Of a stretch of DNA of 64,000 nucleotides, positions 28,908 to 37,194 are shown piece after piece. The stretch covers positions 576,001-640,000 of the forward strand of contig OZ223269.1 in the NCBI GenBank assembly GCA_965140585.1, in the 5' to 3' direction. The stretch comes from Spirochaetia bacterium (lineage in GTDB: Bacteria; Spirochaetota; Spirochaetia; UBA9216). The position numbers and the translations under genes are program-made. The notes under the pieces were generated by a model. The model was not told where the DNA came from. It saw only the letters and a program-made list of their open reading frames with translations, and made no database searches. Numbering within the stretch: the stretch's first letter is position 1; every line of letters begins with the position of its first letter.

Positions 28908-29057
28908 TTATTTTTTTTCAGCACAGGATTCAGAAAATGAGCATCCGCCGCATCCAGGACATGAAGCACCTTTCTTTTTGTCTTTTATTATCTTGAATAC
29001 TGCTGAAAAAATAACTGCCGCAAGTATAAGAGCCACGATAATATTAGTTACATTCAA
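28908..29057 (-). CDS. FeoB-associated Cys-rich small membrane protein (49 aa, absent from ORF track)
   Basis: TTG start right after feoB stop, preceded by AGGAAGGA; MNVTNIIVALILAAVIFSAVFKIIKDKKKGASCPGCGGCSFSESCAEKK. Confidence 0.85.
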   Translation of the reverse strand: MNVTNIIVALILAAVIFSAVFKIIKDKKKGASCPGCGGCSFSESCAEKK

Positions 29058-29058
29058 T

Positions 29059-31062
29059 TTATGCCGTCCTTCCTGCAAAGTTATATGTGTCTCCAGGTTT
29101 TTTGAACATCATGTACAACACTGTTCCAACTATCACAGCTACAGCAAGCAGTCCTCCTAAAAAGCCGGCTCCTAAAGCCCCTGTCGTAATCAAGGTACCA
29201 ATCTGGTACACAAGGAATGCGAGTACATAGCCTGTACCGAGCTGAAATCCTATAGCTCCGAACAGCCATTTTTTTGATTCCAGCTCAGAGTTCATTGATC
29301 CTATGGCCGCAAAACATGGGGGAGTAAACAGGTTGAAGATCAGGTAGGATAGGGCTCCGACAGCACCTATGCCGAAAATCCCGATTACATCAGGGCCGCC
29401 TGCTACGAGAGCGAGCTCTTCAACGTCAATAAAGTTGGTAATGGCAAAAGTCACCGCAAGAGTACCAACAACATTTTCCTTGGCAATGAATCCGGTTATT
29501 GCAGCAGCTGCAAACTGCCATATGCCGAAACCCAGAGGAATAAACAGAATGGCAAGGGGAGATGCAATGTAAGCGAGAATACTCGTATCGGCTGCATTCT
29601 CTCCGACAACCTGAAACTGCCAGTTGAATGTCTGAAGCAGTTGAACTATAGCATTACAGACAAGAATTACGGTTCCTGCTTTTATGATGAAAGATTTTGC
29701 TCGATTGAGCATTGAGAGCGCCGCACGCTTAATATTGGGCAGTCTGTATTCAGGAAGTTCCATTATAAAGTAGGATCTTGAATTATCCCCGGTTATTTTC
29801 CTGATAACCAGACCGCTTAGTATAATAACCCCGATTGCAAGGAAATACATTGAAGCGCCTACCCAGGCGTTATCACCGAAAAAGACACCCGCAAATAATG
29901 CAATTATAGGGAGTTTTGCTCCGCATGGCATGAAAGGAGCGAGCATTGCTGTTGTACGCCTTTGTCTTTCATTTTTAATCGTCCTTGTGGCCATTATTCC
30001 AGGAATAGCACATCCGGTGCTGACAATCATCGGAATAATGGATTTTCCGGAGAGCCCGATTTTCTTGAAAAACCGATCCATGATAACTGCAACTCTTGCC
30101 ATGTACCCGCAGTCTTCAAGCAGGGCAAGCATGAAAAACAGTACCATTATGAGCGGAAGAAATCCGACAACTGCACCTACACCGCCTATTATCCCGTCAA
30201 GCAGCAGTGAAGAGAGCACCGGATTTACGTTTTCTCCGATTGCACCTTCTGCGAGTTCGTAAAAAGCATCTATCCAGCCTACAAACAAATCAGCGAGCCA
30301 TGGTCCTACCCAGGATTGAGAAACAGAGAATACAAACCAGATAACTGCTGCGAAAATAGGAATGCCAAGCCATTTGTGGGCAATTATTCTGTCTGCCTTA
30401 TCCTGGACAGTCTGTTTGCTCGAATTGATTTTTCTTCGTTCGACTTGTGCAGTTATTTCATTTACAGCAATGTAACGGTTTTTATCAACCTTTTCAAAAT
30501 CCGCTGCTGTAGCTGCACTTTTAGAACCTTTTATCGCCAAAGATGCTTGCTTATAATTGTTACTGAAAATAAGTTCAATAGAATTAATAAGTTCAGGCAG
30601 TCCATTTCCGGAATTTTTTGTCGCTACAGTTTCTACTACAGGACATTTTATTAGTTCACTCAGCATTTGAGTGTCAATAATTATTCCTTTCTGACGGTTT
30701 AAGTCACTTTTGTTAAGGGCTATAACAACAGGAATACCCAATTCAATAAGCTGTGTTGTAAAAAATAAACTTCGGTTTAGATTTGTTGCATCCACAATAT
30801 TTATGATTGCATCAGGACTCTCATTATTAATAAAGTCCTTTGTTATGCTTTCTTCATTCGTGTAGGGAGACATTGAATAAGCTCCGGGTAAATCTACGAC
30901 AGTAAGTGCTTTGTCACGCGAAGCTAATGACGATTTAATAATACCTTCTTTCTTCTCTACTGTTACTCCGGGCCAGTTACCTACATGTTCAATTTTTCCG
31001 GTTATGGCATTGAACAGTGTAGTTTTACCACTGTTAGGATTACCGGTAAGGGCGATCTTCAT
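29059..31062 (-). CDS. feoB: Ferrous iron transporter FeoB
   Basis: GNPNSGKT, GNWPGVTVE, DLPGAYS, NKSD, LEDCGYMAR, PFMPCGAKLP, MELPEY, AKENVV. Confidence 0.96.
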   Translation of the reverse strand: MKIALTGNPNSGKTTLFNAITGKIEHVGNWPGVTVEKKEGIIKSSLASRDKALTVVDLPGAYSMSPYTNEESITKDFINNESPDAIINIVDATNLNRSLFFTTQLIELGIPVVIALNKSDLNRQKGIIIDTQMLSELIKCPVVETVATKNSGNGLPELINSIELIFSNNYKQASLAIKGSKSAATAADFEKVDKNRYIAVNEITAQVERRKINSSKQTVQDKADRIIAHKWLGIPIFAAVIWFVFSVSQSWVGPWLADLFVGWIDAFYELAEGAIGENVNPVLSSLLLDGIIGGVGAVVGFLPLIMVLFFMLALLEDCGYMARVAVIMDRFFKKIGLSGKSIIPMIVSTGCAIPGIMATRTIKNERQRRTTAMLAPFMPCGAKLPIIALFAGVFFGDNAWVGASMYFLAIGVIILSGLVIRKITGDNSRSYFIMELPEYRLPNIKRAALSMLNRAKSFIIKAGTVILVCNAIVQLLQTFNWQFQVVGENAADTSILAYIASPLAILFIPLGFGIWQFAAAAITGFIAKENVVGTLAVTFAITNFIDVEELALVAGGPDVIGIFGIGAVGALSYLIFNLFTPPCFAAIGSMNSELESKKWLFGAIGFQLGTGYVLAFLVYQIGTLITTGALGAGFLGGLLAVAVIVGTVLYMMFKKPGDTYNFAGRTA

Positions 31063-31086
31063 TTTTTTTCCTCCAGGAATATATTT

Positions 31087-31344
31087 TTATGCCGGAAACT
31101 CAATAAGTTCCGGCTTTGATGTGCTGAGTTCTTCAATAGAGATGACCTTGGCAAGTTCATCATCGATGCTGTATCTGGCATTTTTAACATTTATTACGAG
31201 GTTGGATGCCAGTTTTGAAATTATTGTTATTTTCTCATCTGGATAACATCCCAGACTGAATAGAAATTCAGATAATTCATCCTGCTGAGTTTCAACAGAT
31301 ATGATTTTGTAAACAACACCTGTATTCCCTTTTGATAAAGTCAC
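31087..31344 (-). CDS. feoA: Ferrous iron transport protein FeoA
   Basis: FLFSLGCYPDEKITII...VKNARYSID; GTG 31344 after GGAGG; upstream of feoB. Confidence 0.88.
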   Translation of the reverse strand: MTLSKGNTGVVYKIISVETQQDELSEFLFSLGCYPDEKITIISKLASNLVINVKNARYSIDDELAKVISIEELSTSKPELIEFPA

Positions 31345-31415
31345 GATATAAACCTCCGGAATTATTAATGCTCTATATATCTTTAACAAACCAAATGAAA
31401 GTTGTCAATAAATAA

Positions 31416-31437
31416 AAAGTTAGGAAAGCCTAATTTT
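31416..31437. promoter_or_regulatory. DtxR/MntR-type palindrome upstream of feoA
   Basis: AAAAGTTAGG-AAAG-CCTAATTTT (TTAGG-N4-CCTAA core) next to a minus-strand TTGACA at 31403-31408. Confidence 0.55.
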
Positions 31438-31524
31438 AATATAAATTTTCATAAATATTTAGAATCTTTATATATATTAAGATAAGTCTATATATGTAAA
31501 GAATATATTTATGAATCTCTATAC

Positions 31525-31562
31525 AAAAAAAACCGGATTCGGTATTAAAAACAGAATCCGGT
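31525..31562 (-). terminator. Rho-independent terminator of znuA
   Basis: ACCGGATTC...GAATCCGGT stem followed by a T-run on the minus strand. Confidence 0.7.
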
Positions 31563-31585
31563 ACTGGAGCATTATTTTTTATTAC

Positions 31586-32494
31586 TTAGAAGGCTTTCTT
31601 TACTTCATCAGCAATAGAATAAAGATTGCTGATATAATCTTCGCTAAGCGGATTAAGAGTGATAACTACGCCGCCAATTGCGTCAGCGATAGTCTTTGCG
31701 CTCTTCATCGCAAACTCCGGTTGCACAAAAAGAATTTTGACTCCATCAGCTTTTGCTTCCTCAATAATTTCAGTTAATTGTGCTGCTGAAGGTTCCTTCC
31801 CCCCGGTTTCAATAGCTTCCTGATGCAATCCGAATTCATCACAAAAATATCCAAAAGCGGGATGATAAACAAAAATTGTTTCTCCACTAAAGGGTTTTAA
31901 CACTTCTGATAGATCATCACTAACTTTCTGCAGCTCTTCTGTAAAGCTGTTGTAATTATCATCATAGAATGAAGAATTTTCAGGATCTATATCCTTAAGT
32001 GCATCCCTCATAATTTCCGACTGATGAATAACTAGTGAAGGGGAGAGCCAGATATGCGGATCTTCAGTTTCACCTTCTTCATGGTCAGCGTCATGTTCTT
32101 CATGATGCTCTTCACCTTCATCTTCGTGGGAATGAGCCTCAAGATGTCTTTTTTGAATTCCCTGTGATGTATCAACTATTCGGAGCTTTTTGCTGTCCCT
32201 GACCGCAGGCAGAAAGGCAGCTTCAAATGGAACGCCGATAGTAAAAAGTAAATCGGATTTTCCAAGTTTAATTACCTGATCAGGTGTGGGTTCATATGTT
32301 GCCGGACTTTTACCAGGACCTACAAGGTAATTTACCTCAACTCTATCTCCGCCTATTTTTTCAACAAAGAATTTTTGAGGAATAAGGCTTGTAAACACCG
32401 ATATTTTTGTGTTCTCAGTGCTTTCTTGAGAACCTGATGCAAAAACGACTGCTGCTGTTAATACCAGCAATAAGATTACTAGTGCTCTTTTCAT
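31586..32494 (-). CDS. znuA: Zn/Mn ABC transporter substrate-binding protein (ZnuA/AdcA-like)
   Basis: Signal peptide, YEPTP, His/Glu-rich loop, DPHIWLSP, YHPAFGYF, GKEPS. Confidence 0.88.
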   Translation of the reverse strand: MKRALVILLLVLTAAVVFASGSQESTENTKISVFTSLIPQKFFVEKIGGDRVEVNYLVGPGKSPATYEPTPDQVIKLGKSDLLFTIGVPFEAAFLPAVRDSKKLRIVDTSQGIQKRHLEAHSHEDEGEEHHEEHDADHEEGETEDPHIWLSPSLVIHQSEIMRDALKDIDPENSSFYDDNYNSFTEELQKVSDDLSEVLKPFSGETIFVYHPAFGYFCDEFGLHQEAIETGGKEPSAAQLTEIIEEAKADGVKILFVQPEFAMKSAKTIADAIGGVVITLNPLSEDYISNLYSIADEVKKAF

Positions 32495-32505
32495 ATTTTA
32501 CTCCT

Positions 32506-32529
32506 GTAAATGCGAAACATTTGCAATTA
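32506..32529. promoter_or_regulatory. Putative Zur-type operator, copy 1 (before znuA)
   Basis: GTAAATGCGAAACATTTGCAATTA; TGCRAA-N3-TTTGCA palindrome repeated three times in this locus. Confidence 0.7.
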
Positions 32530-32560
32530 TATTACGGAGAAAAATATTAATAGTCAAGAC

Positions 32561-32583
32561 TAAATGCGAATTATTTGCAATTA
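32561..32583. promoter_or_regulatory. Putative Zur-type operator, copy 2 (overlaps regulator stop codon)
   Basis: TAAATGCGAATTATTTGCAATTA. Confidence 0.6.
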
Positions 32584-32984
32584 GAACAGATTCCGGAAAA
32601 CTGTATCGATGCGTCTTCTATTGTATGTTCATGGTAGAGAGTTTTAACTGAGTCAAGAACATTCTGGGGAATTTCCGTAAGGCAGATTATCTGTCCGCAA
32701 ATTCTGCATGCAAGATGCGGATGAACAGGATTATGTATACAGGACCGTTCATACAGACGTTCCTCGCTTTCGGTTAAAATTTCACGAATAATGTCATTTT
32801 CTTTAAAAAGGCTTACAATTCGATACAGAGTAGCCAGATCCATAGTCTCCTTGAGTTGGCTGTGAAGACCGGCAACCGTGAAAGGTGATTTTAAATCTAT
32901 TATCAGTTGAAGAACTGAAATTCTCTGATTAGTCTTTTTAATATTATTATCTGTTAAAACCTTAACAGGATCGCAGGATTCCAT
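32571..32984 (-). CDS. Fur family regulator, probably Zur
   Basis: TNQRISVL, MDLATLYR, HPHLACRICG, SGICSNC; embedded among zinc-uptake genes. Confidence 0.85.
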   Translation of the reverse strand: MESCDPVKVLTDNNIKKTNQRISVLQLIIDLKSPFTVAGLHSQLKETMDLATLYRIVSLFKENDIIREILTESEERLYERSCIHNPVHPHLACRICGQIICLTEIPQNVLDSVKTLYHEHTIEDASIQFSGICSNCK

Positions 32985-32987
32985 AGA

Positions 32988-33740
32988 TTAGTCTCCGTTA
33001 TAGAATGGATATACATACGGACTGTCGGCTGCACCTGTTTCGGTTATTTGATCGACATAAATTACCGGATAAATATCAGTGCCGGAAGTCAGAGTGAGAT
33101 TTTTAAGTCCCAATGTACCGTTTATATCATACCATTTATTTTCGTCAAATGTAAAATCACACTGATGTAAAATGCATACAAAACCAACAATGGAAGCATC
33201 AGCGGCGCAGCAGTACATATTTAGACGGGCAATGATAAAAAGCGGTTCTTCAAGCATATCAGGACGCATTGTGAAACCTTTTATATTAATTTTCTTACCT
33301 TCATACAATGCAGGATTGTCGTAGATATCATAAATGTATCTGACATAGTTTAAATCATCCATACTTATAACAGAATTATCTGCTAAATGTTGTCTGCCTT
33401 CTGCAGAGGCAGAATTATTTTTTACTGAAAATGTACGTAGTGAAGATATCCGCTCCTGAAAATTCTCATAAGAGATAAAATAGAAGGCTGTACTGATTAT
33501 AAGCATAAGAATCCTGCTGACGGAAGAACCTGATACCCGATAAAAGCCGGAGATGTTTTTAAGTGAAATTAAAAAGAATGCAAAAATTATTACTGCCGAT
33601 ATAAAAATAAACTTTTGGTAAATCGGTCTGACCAGAATCCCGTCTTTTCCTGTTATCAGAAGCATAAGCAGAGAGAAGCAAAGAAAAAGCAGAAGAAGAG
33701 ATTGAGATAATCCGGAAATTATATTTCTGATTCTGTTCAT
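32988..33740 (-). CDS. TIGR03943/YcgQ-like membrane protein
   Basis: N-terminal TM helices; YEGKKINIKGF, ARLNMYCCAADA, PYVYP. Confidence 0.82.
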   Translation of the reverse strand: MNRIRNIISGLSQSLLLLFLCFSLLMLLITGKDGILVRPIYQKFIFISAVIIFAFFLISLKNISGFYRVSGSSVSRILMLIISTAFYFISYENFQERISSLRTFSVKNNSASAEGRQHLADNSVISMDDLNYVRYIYDIYDNPALYEGKKINIKGFTMRPDMLEEPLFIIARLNMYCCAADASIVGFVCILHQCDFTFDENKWYDINGTLGLKNLTLTSGTDIYPVIYVDQITETGAADSPYVYPFYNGD

Positions 33741-34669
33741 AAACCTGCCCGCCTGATTATAATTTCTGAAAACACAGAGTAAGAGAGTACAAGCAGGGCA
33801 GTGATTACAATGAGCTTGAATATAAATCTTTTTTTGAATGTTACCGAAAGCATCAATGTTGTTTTGATGTCAAACATTGCTCCAAAAATTAGAAAAGTCA
33901 GCACTGAAGAACTTGAAAACAGATCAGAAAATGACCTGGCAATAAAGGCGTCAGTATAGCTGCATACCGATAGTACATAGGGAAGTCCCAGCATAAAAAA
34001 ATTGGAAAGGGGAAAATTATCATTAAAAAACAGGAGCAGACTGTCTTTCATATTCAGCCTGAGCACTGAGGTTATAAGAATTCCAAAGATGAAATAACCT
34101 CCGGTACTGAAAAAATCCGACACAGTATGTGCAAGTGCATCTGAAATCTTTTCTTTAAATGGTTTTGCATTTGAATTACTGTTACACCCGTAGCTGTTGC
34201 AGCGGCAGCTGCTTTCATGTCCCATCTCGGTGTAACCGGGTAGAAGCATTTCTGATTCCTGATAGGAAGTTTTGAGATAAAATCCGACAATTACAGGAAT
34301 TATTATTCCTCCGAGAGTCCTGAAGAGCGGAATCCAGAGATTATCGTAAAAAGCGTACGCGGTTCCGGTAATTGCAATTATATTGATCAGCGGTGATGCC
34401 AGCATCAGCGTCAAAGCCAGATATACTGGTACTCCTTTTTTGATTAACCGTGAAATTACCGGTACTATTCCGCATTCGCAAACCGGAATAAAAAGACCGA
34501 TGAATGCTGCCGCAAAAATAGATACAGTGCTGTTTCGGGGCAGAAACCTGCTGAAAAAATCATCAGGTACAAATGCTTCAATGAATCCTGAAACTATCAC
34601 TCCTATTAAAAGGAAAAACAGGCCTTCAAGAAAAATGCTGACGGCCGCAGTTGCATATGCCTGGATCAT
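33737..34669 (-). CDS. Permease, YcgR/ArsP-like (DUF318)
   Basis: FLEG, PVCECGIVP, ASP-x-IN, SVCSYTDAFIA, FG-x-MFDIK. Confidence 0.85.
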   Translation of the reverse strand: MIQAYATAAVSIFLEGLFFLLIGVIVSGFIEAFVPDDFFSRFLPRNSTVSIFAAAFIGLFIPVCECGIVPVISRLIKKGVPVYLALTLMLASPLINIIAITGTAYAFYDNLWIPLFRTLGGIIIPVIVGFYLKTSYQESEMLLPGYTEMGHESSCRCNSYGCNSNSNAKPFKEKISDALAHTVSDFFSTGGYFIFGILITSVLRLNMKDSLLLFFNDNFPLSNFFMLGLPYVLSVCSYTDAFIARSFSDLFSSSSVLTFLIFGAMFDIKTTLMLSVTFKKRFIFKLIVITALLVLSYSVFSEIIIRRAGL

Positions 34670-34694
34670 AAATACCTCTTGAACTAAAAATAGA

Positions 34695-34718
34695 GTAAAT
34701 GCGAAACATTTGCAACTA
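34695..34718. promoter_or_regulatory. Putative Zur-type operator, copy 3 (head of permease operon)
   Basis: GTAAATGCGAAACATTTGCAACTA, 23/24 identical to copy 1. Confidence 0.7.
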
Positions 34719-34782
34719 ACTTTAGTGTAAAATATTGATTGAAAAAAAACTCTGTGCTAAGTTGAGAAATAAGGAGATTTAA

Positions 34783-35289
34783 ATGTCATTTAAACTTATT
34801 AAACCTGAAGAACTGCAGGTAAATCCGTTTAACGATATTGGAAACAGGTGGATGCTTCTTGCTGCAGGAGATGAATCATCCTTTAATTTTATGACCGTCA
34901 GCTGGGGAATGCTTGGTGTTATCTGGTCTAAACCCGCAGTTCAGGCCTATGTAAGAGACAGCCGCTTTACGAAGGAATTAATGGACAAACATGATTCTTT
35001 TTCTCTTTCTGTCCTTAAACCGGGTTATGAAAAAGCTCTTCAGATTGCTGGCTCAAAATCAGGGCGGGATATTGATAAGGTTAAAGAAACCGGATTAACG
35101 CCCGTTTTTCAGGGTGAGGTTCCGATGTTCGAGGAAGCTGAATACACTATTATCAGCAAAAAAGTTTATACGGATTTCATGCCGGCTGGAAATTTTATAG
35201 ATAAGAATATTATTGAAAAGGCTTATCCCGGCGGAGACTTTCATACGCTTTATATCGGACATATAACAGAGGTATATCTATATCAGTAG
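34783..35289 (+). CDS. Flavin reductase-like (flavoredoxin) family protein
   Basis: NFMTVSWG, VRDSRFT, GSKSGRDIDK, HTLYIG. Confidence 0.85.
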   Translation: MSFKLIKPEELQVNPFNDIGNRWMLLAAGDESSFNFMTVSWGMLGVIWSKPAVQAYVRDSRFTKELMDKHDSFSLSVLKPGYEKALQIAGSKSGRDIDKVKETGLTPVFQGEVPMFEEAEYTIISKKVYTDFMPAGNFIDKNIIEKAYPGGDFHTLYIGHITEVYLYQ

Positions 35290-35296
35290 GAGAGAA

Positions 35297-35321
35297 GGGC
35301 TGACAGTGAGGCAGTCAGCCC
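35297..35321. terminator. Stem-loop between convergent genes
   Basis: GGGCTGAC...GTCAGCCC inverted repeat. Confidence 0.55.
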
Positions 35322-35333
35322 AGCCTTAATGAA

Positions 35334-35618
35334 TCAGATTTTTACAGCCTCATTTACTTCGGTAAAATCTGATTCTATCAATGTTTTTAATTCGGCCAGG
35401 GCCTGTTCTTCATCAGGTCCGTCGGCTGTTATTTTAATTTCATCATCCTGAGAGACGTTAAGTAATATTATCTTGATTATTGTTTTTGCATTTGCAGATT
35501 TTTCACCCTTGTAAACGGTAATTGCAGATTCAAACAGCTTGGCAGTTCTTACAAAAACATCAGCAGGTCTAGAGTGAAGGCCTGTATCATTTTTCACAGT
35601 AATAAGCAGTTCTTTCAT
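35334..35618 (-). CDS. ptsH: HPr phosphocarrier protein
   Basis: GLHSRPA (His15), ANAKT (Ser46 position is Thr), ADGPDEEQA. Confidence 0.9.
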   Translation of the reverse strand: MKELLITVKNDTGLHSRPADVFVRTAKLFESAITVYKGEKSANAKTIIKIILLNVSQDDEIKITADGPDEEQALAELKTLIESDFTEVNEAVKI

Positions 35619-35784
35619 TGTACATTCTCCTTGCGTTTCTTTTTACGGCGAAAAATTATCATGATAATACCGTATGAAATAATTATAATATTTATAATCA
35701 GCTGATGGGCCAGGTAGAAATCAAGTATTGCGGTTCCCCACTCACCAAGCAGCGATTTGGACATTTCAAGAAACATAAACTATC

Positions 35785-36552
35785 CTATACACAGATTATT
35801 TTTACTTTTTCTGATTCTATATTCTTTTTAATTTTGTCACTCAATTTACTGTCGGTAATAACCAGGTCCAGTTTCGACAGATCGCATAGATAATTGAAAC
35901 AGACATTCCCGAATTTGGTTGAATCGGCAATGAATATTATTTCCTTTGCAATGTCCATCATACGGCTGATAAGCGGATTCATGGAGGAGTCGAAGTAGGT
36001 AAGGCCGTATTCCGGATCTATCCCGTCAGATGTCAAAAACAGTTTATCTGCATACTGAACCCCGCAGAGAAGATCACTGTTGATATTCCTGATGCTGGAA
36101 TACTGTTTTTCAACTTCACCTCCCAGAAGAAACAGGCTGATATTTTCAAGTTTGGAAAGCTCAAGCGACAGGGTAAGAGAATTGGTAATTACCCTGAAGT
36201 TGAAATCAAGTCCGCCGAAAATTCTGCCGGCAAGATTTGTAATAACTCCCGGTGCTATAAGTATTGTTTCATGCTCGTTAATAAGAGTTGAACAGTATTC
36301 GGCTATCTGTACCTTTTCATTAATGGCTGTTGCAAGCATATCCTCACGGCTGGGCCCGGCATAATCTTTAATGAAGTATATTTCACCGCCGATTGCCTGC
36401 ATTACCTGCCCTGAGTTCTCCAGTATTTTTATGTCACGTCTAATAGTTGCTGTGGAAACTTTGAATTTACGGGCTAGATTTTCAAGAGTAGTATTATCCT
36501 CAATTCTGAGTATCTCTATTATGCCTTTAAGTCTTTCCCTTTTGTTCTTCAT
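35785..36552 (-). CDS. DeoR/GlpR family transcriptional regulator
   Basis: FKVSTATIRRD HTH, ITNSL, LLGG, ADSTKFG, ITDS. Confidence 0.92.
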   Translation of the reverse strand: MKNKRERLKGIIEILRIEDNTTLENLARKFKVSTATIRRDIKILENSGQVMQAIGGEIYFIKDYAGPSREDMLATAINEKVQIAEYCSTLINEHETILIAPGVITNLAGRIFGGLDFNFRVITNSLTLSLELSKLENISLFLLGGEVEKQYSSIRNINSDLLCGVQYADKLFLTSDGIDPEYGLTYFDSSMNPLISRMMDIAKEIIFIADSTKFGNVCFNYLCDLSKLDLVITDSKLSDKIKKNIESEKVKIICV

Positions 36553-36559
36553 CCGCTCC

Positions 36560-36895
36560 CTACAGAAGATGGAATAAACCTACGGTTTTTTTCGTACCGC
36601 AGTTTTCATTGAATTTCTCAGCAGCAGCCTCCGCCTTATCGACAAACACTTCAATGCCTGCAGATTCCAGAGTCTTGACTGCATCATCGCTAATTGAAAG
36701 CGGCATGACAAAACCGGTCCCCACAACCACCAGTTCAGGTTTAAAAGCAATTACCGCTTCAAGGTCACAGCTTTCAATACGGTTCCGGTTTTTTATCCAC
36801 CATTTAGTGTCCATATGATCCGGATAAACTATGGTGTCAGATCTGGAAACCTTGCCCTTAAACAGAAGCTTACCCATTGATATAGATTCAATCAT
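36560..36895 (-). CDS. Mth938-like domain protein
   Basis: IESISMG, D-x-IVYPD, PELVVVGTG, AAEKFN, GLFHL. Confidence 0.75.
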   Translation of the reverse strand: MIESISMGKLLFKGKVSRSDTIVYPDHMDTKWWIKNRNRIESCDLEAVIAFKPELVVVGTGFVMPLSISDDAVKTLESAGIEVFVDKAEAAAEKFNENCGTKKTVGLFHLL

Positions 36896-36897
36896 TG

Positions 36898-37179
36898 TCA
36901 GTCCTTGATATACGATATAATTTTTTCAATGTCGGCATCAATACCGATTCCTGTTAAAAAAGACAGGGTCTGAATGACAGGTATATCACCGACATCCCCG
37001 ACCGGTGTAGTTGTAACAATAAGGTCAACGCCGTCAAGTTTTGACGGTACTTCTGAAGCCTTGCACTGTACGAAAGTAGGGTTAATACCCTTCTGTCCAA
37101 GTAATTCTTCAATTTTTCTAAGCACTACTGTAGAGGTTGCAACTGCAGTTCCGCAGGATACAAGTATCTTTTTAGCCAT
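36898..37179 (-). CDS. gatB: PTS galactitol-family EIIB
   Basis: ILVSCGTAVATST, FLTGIG. Confidence 0.88.
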   Translation of the reverse strand: MAKKILVSCGTAVATSTVVLRKIEELLGQKGINPTFVQCKASEVPSKLDGVDLIVTTTPVGDVGDIPVIQTLSFLTGIGIDADIEKIISYIKD

Positions 37180-37194
37180 TCCTTTCCTCCTGGT

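Noticed and set aside
32070-32145. His/Glu-rich low-complexity stretch
   Set aside because: Normal metal-chelating loop of ZnuA-type proteins.
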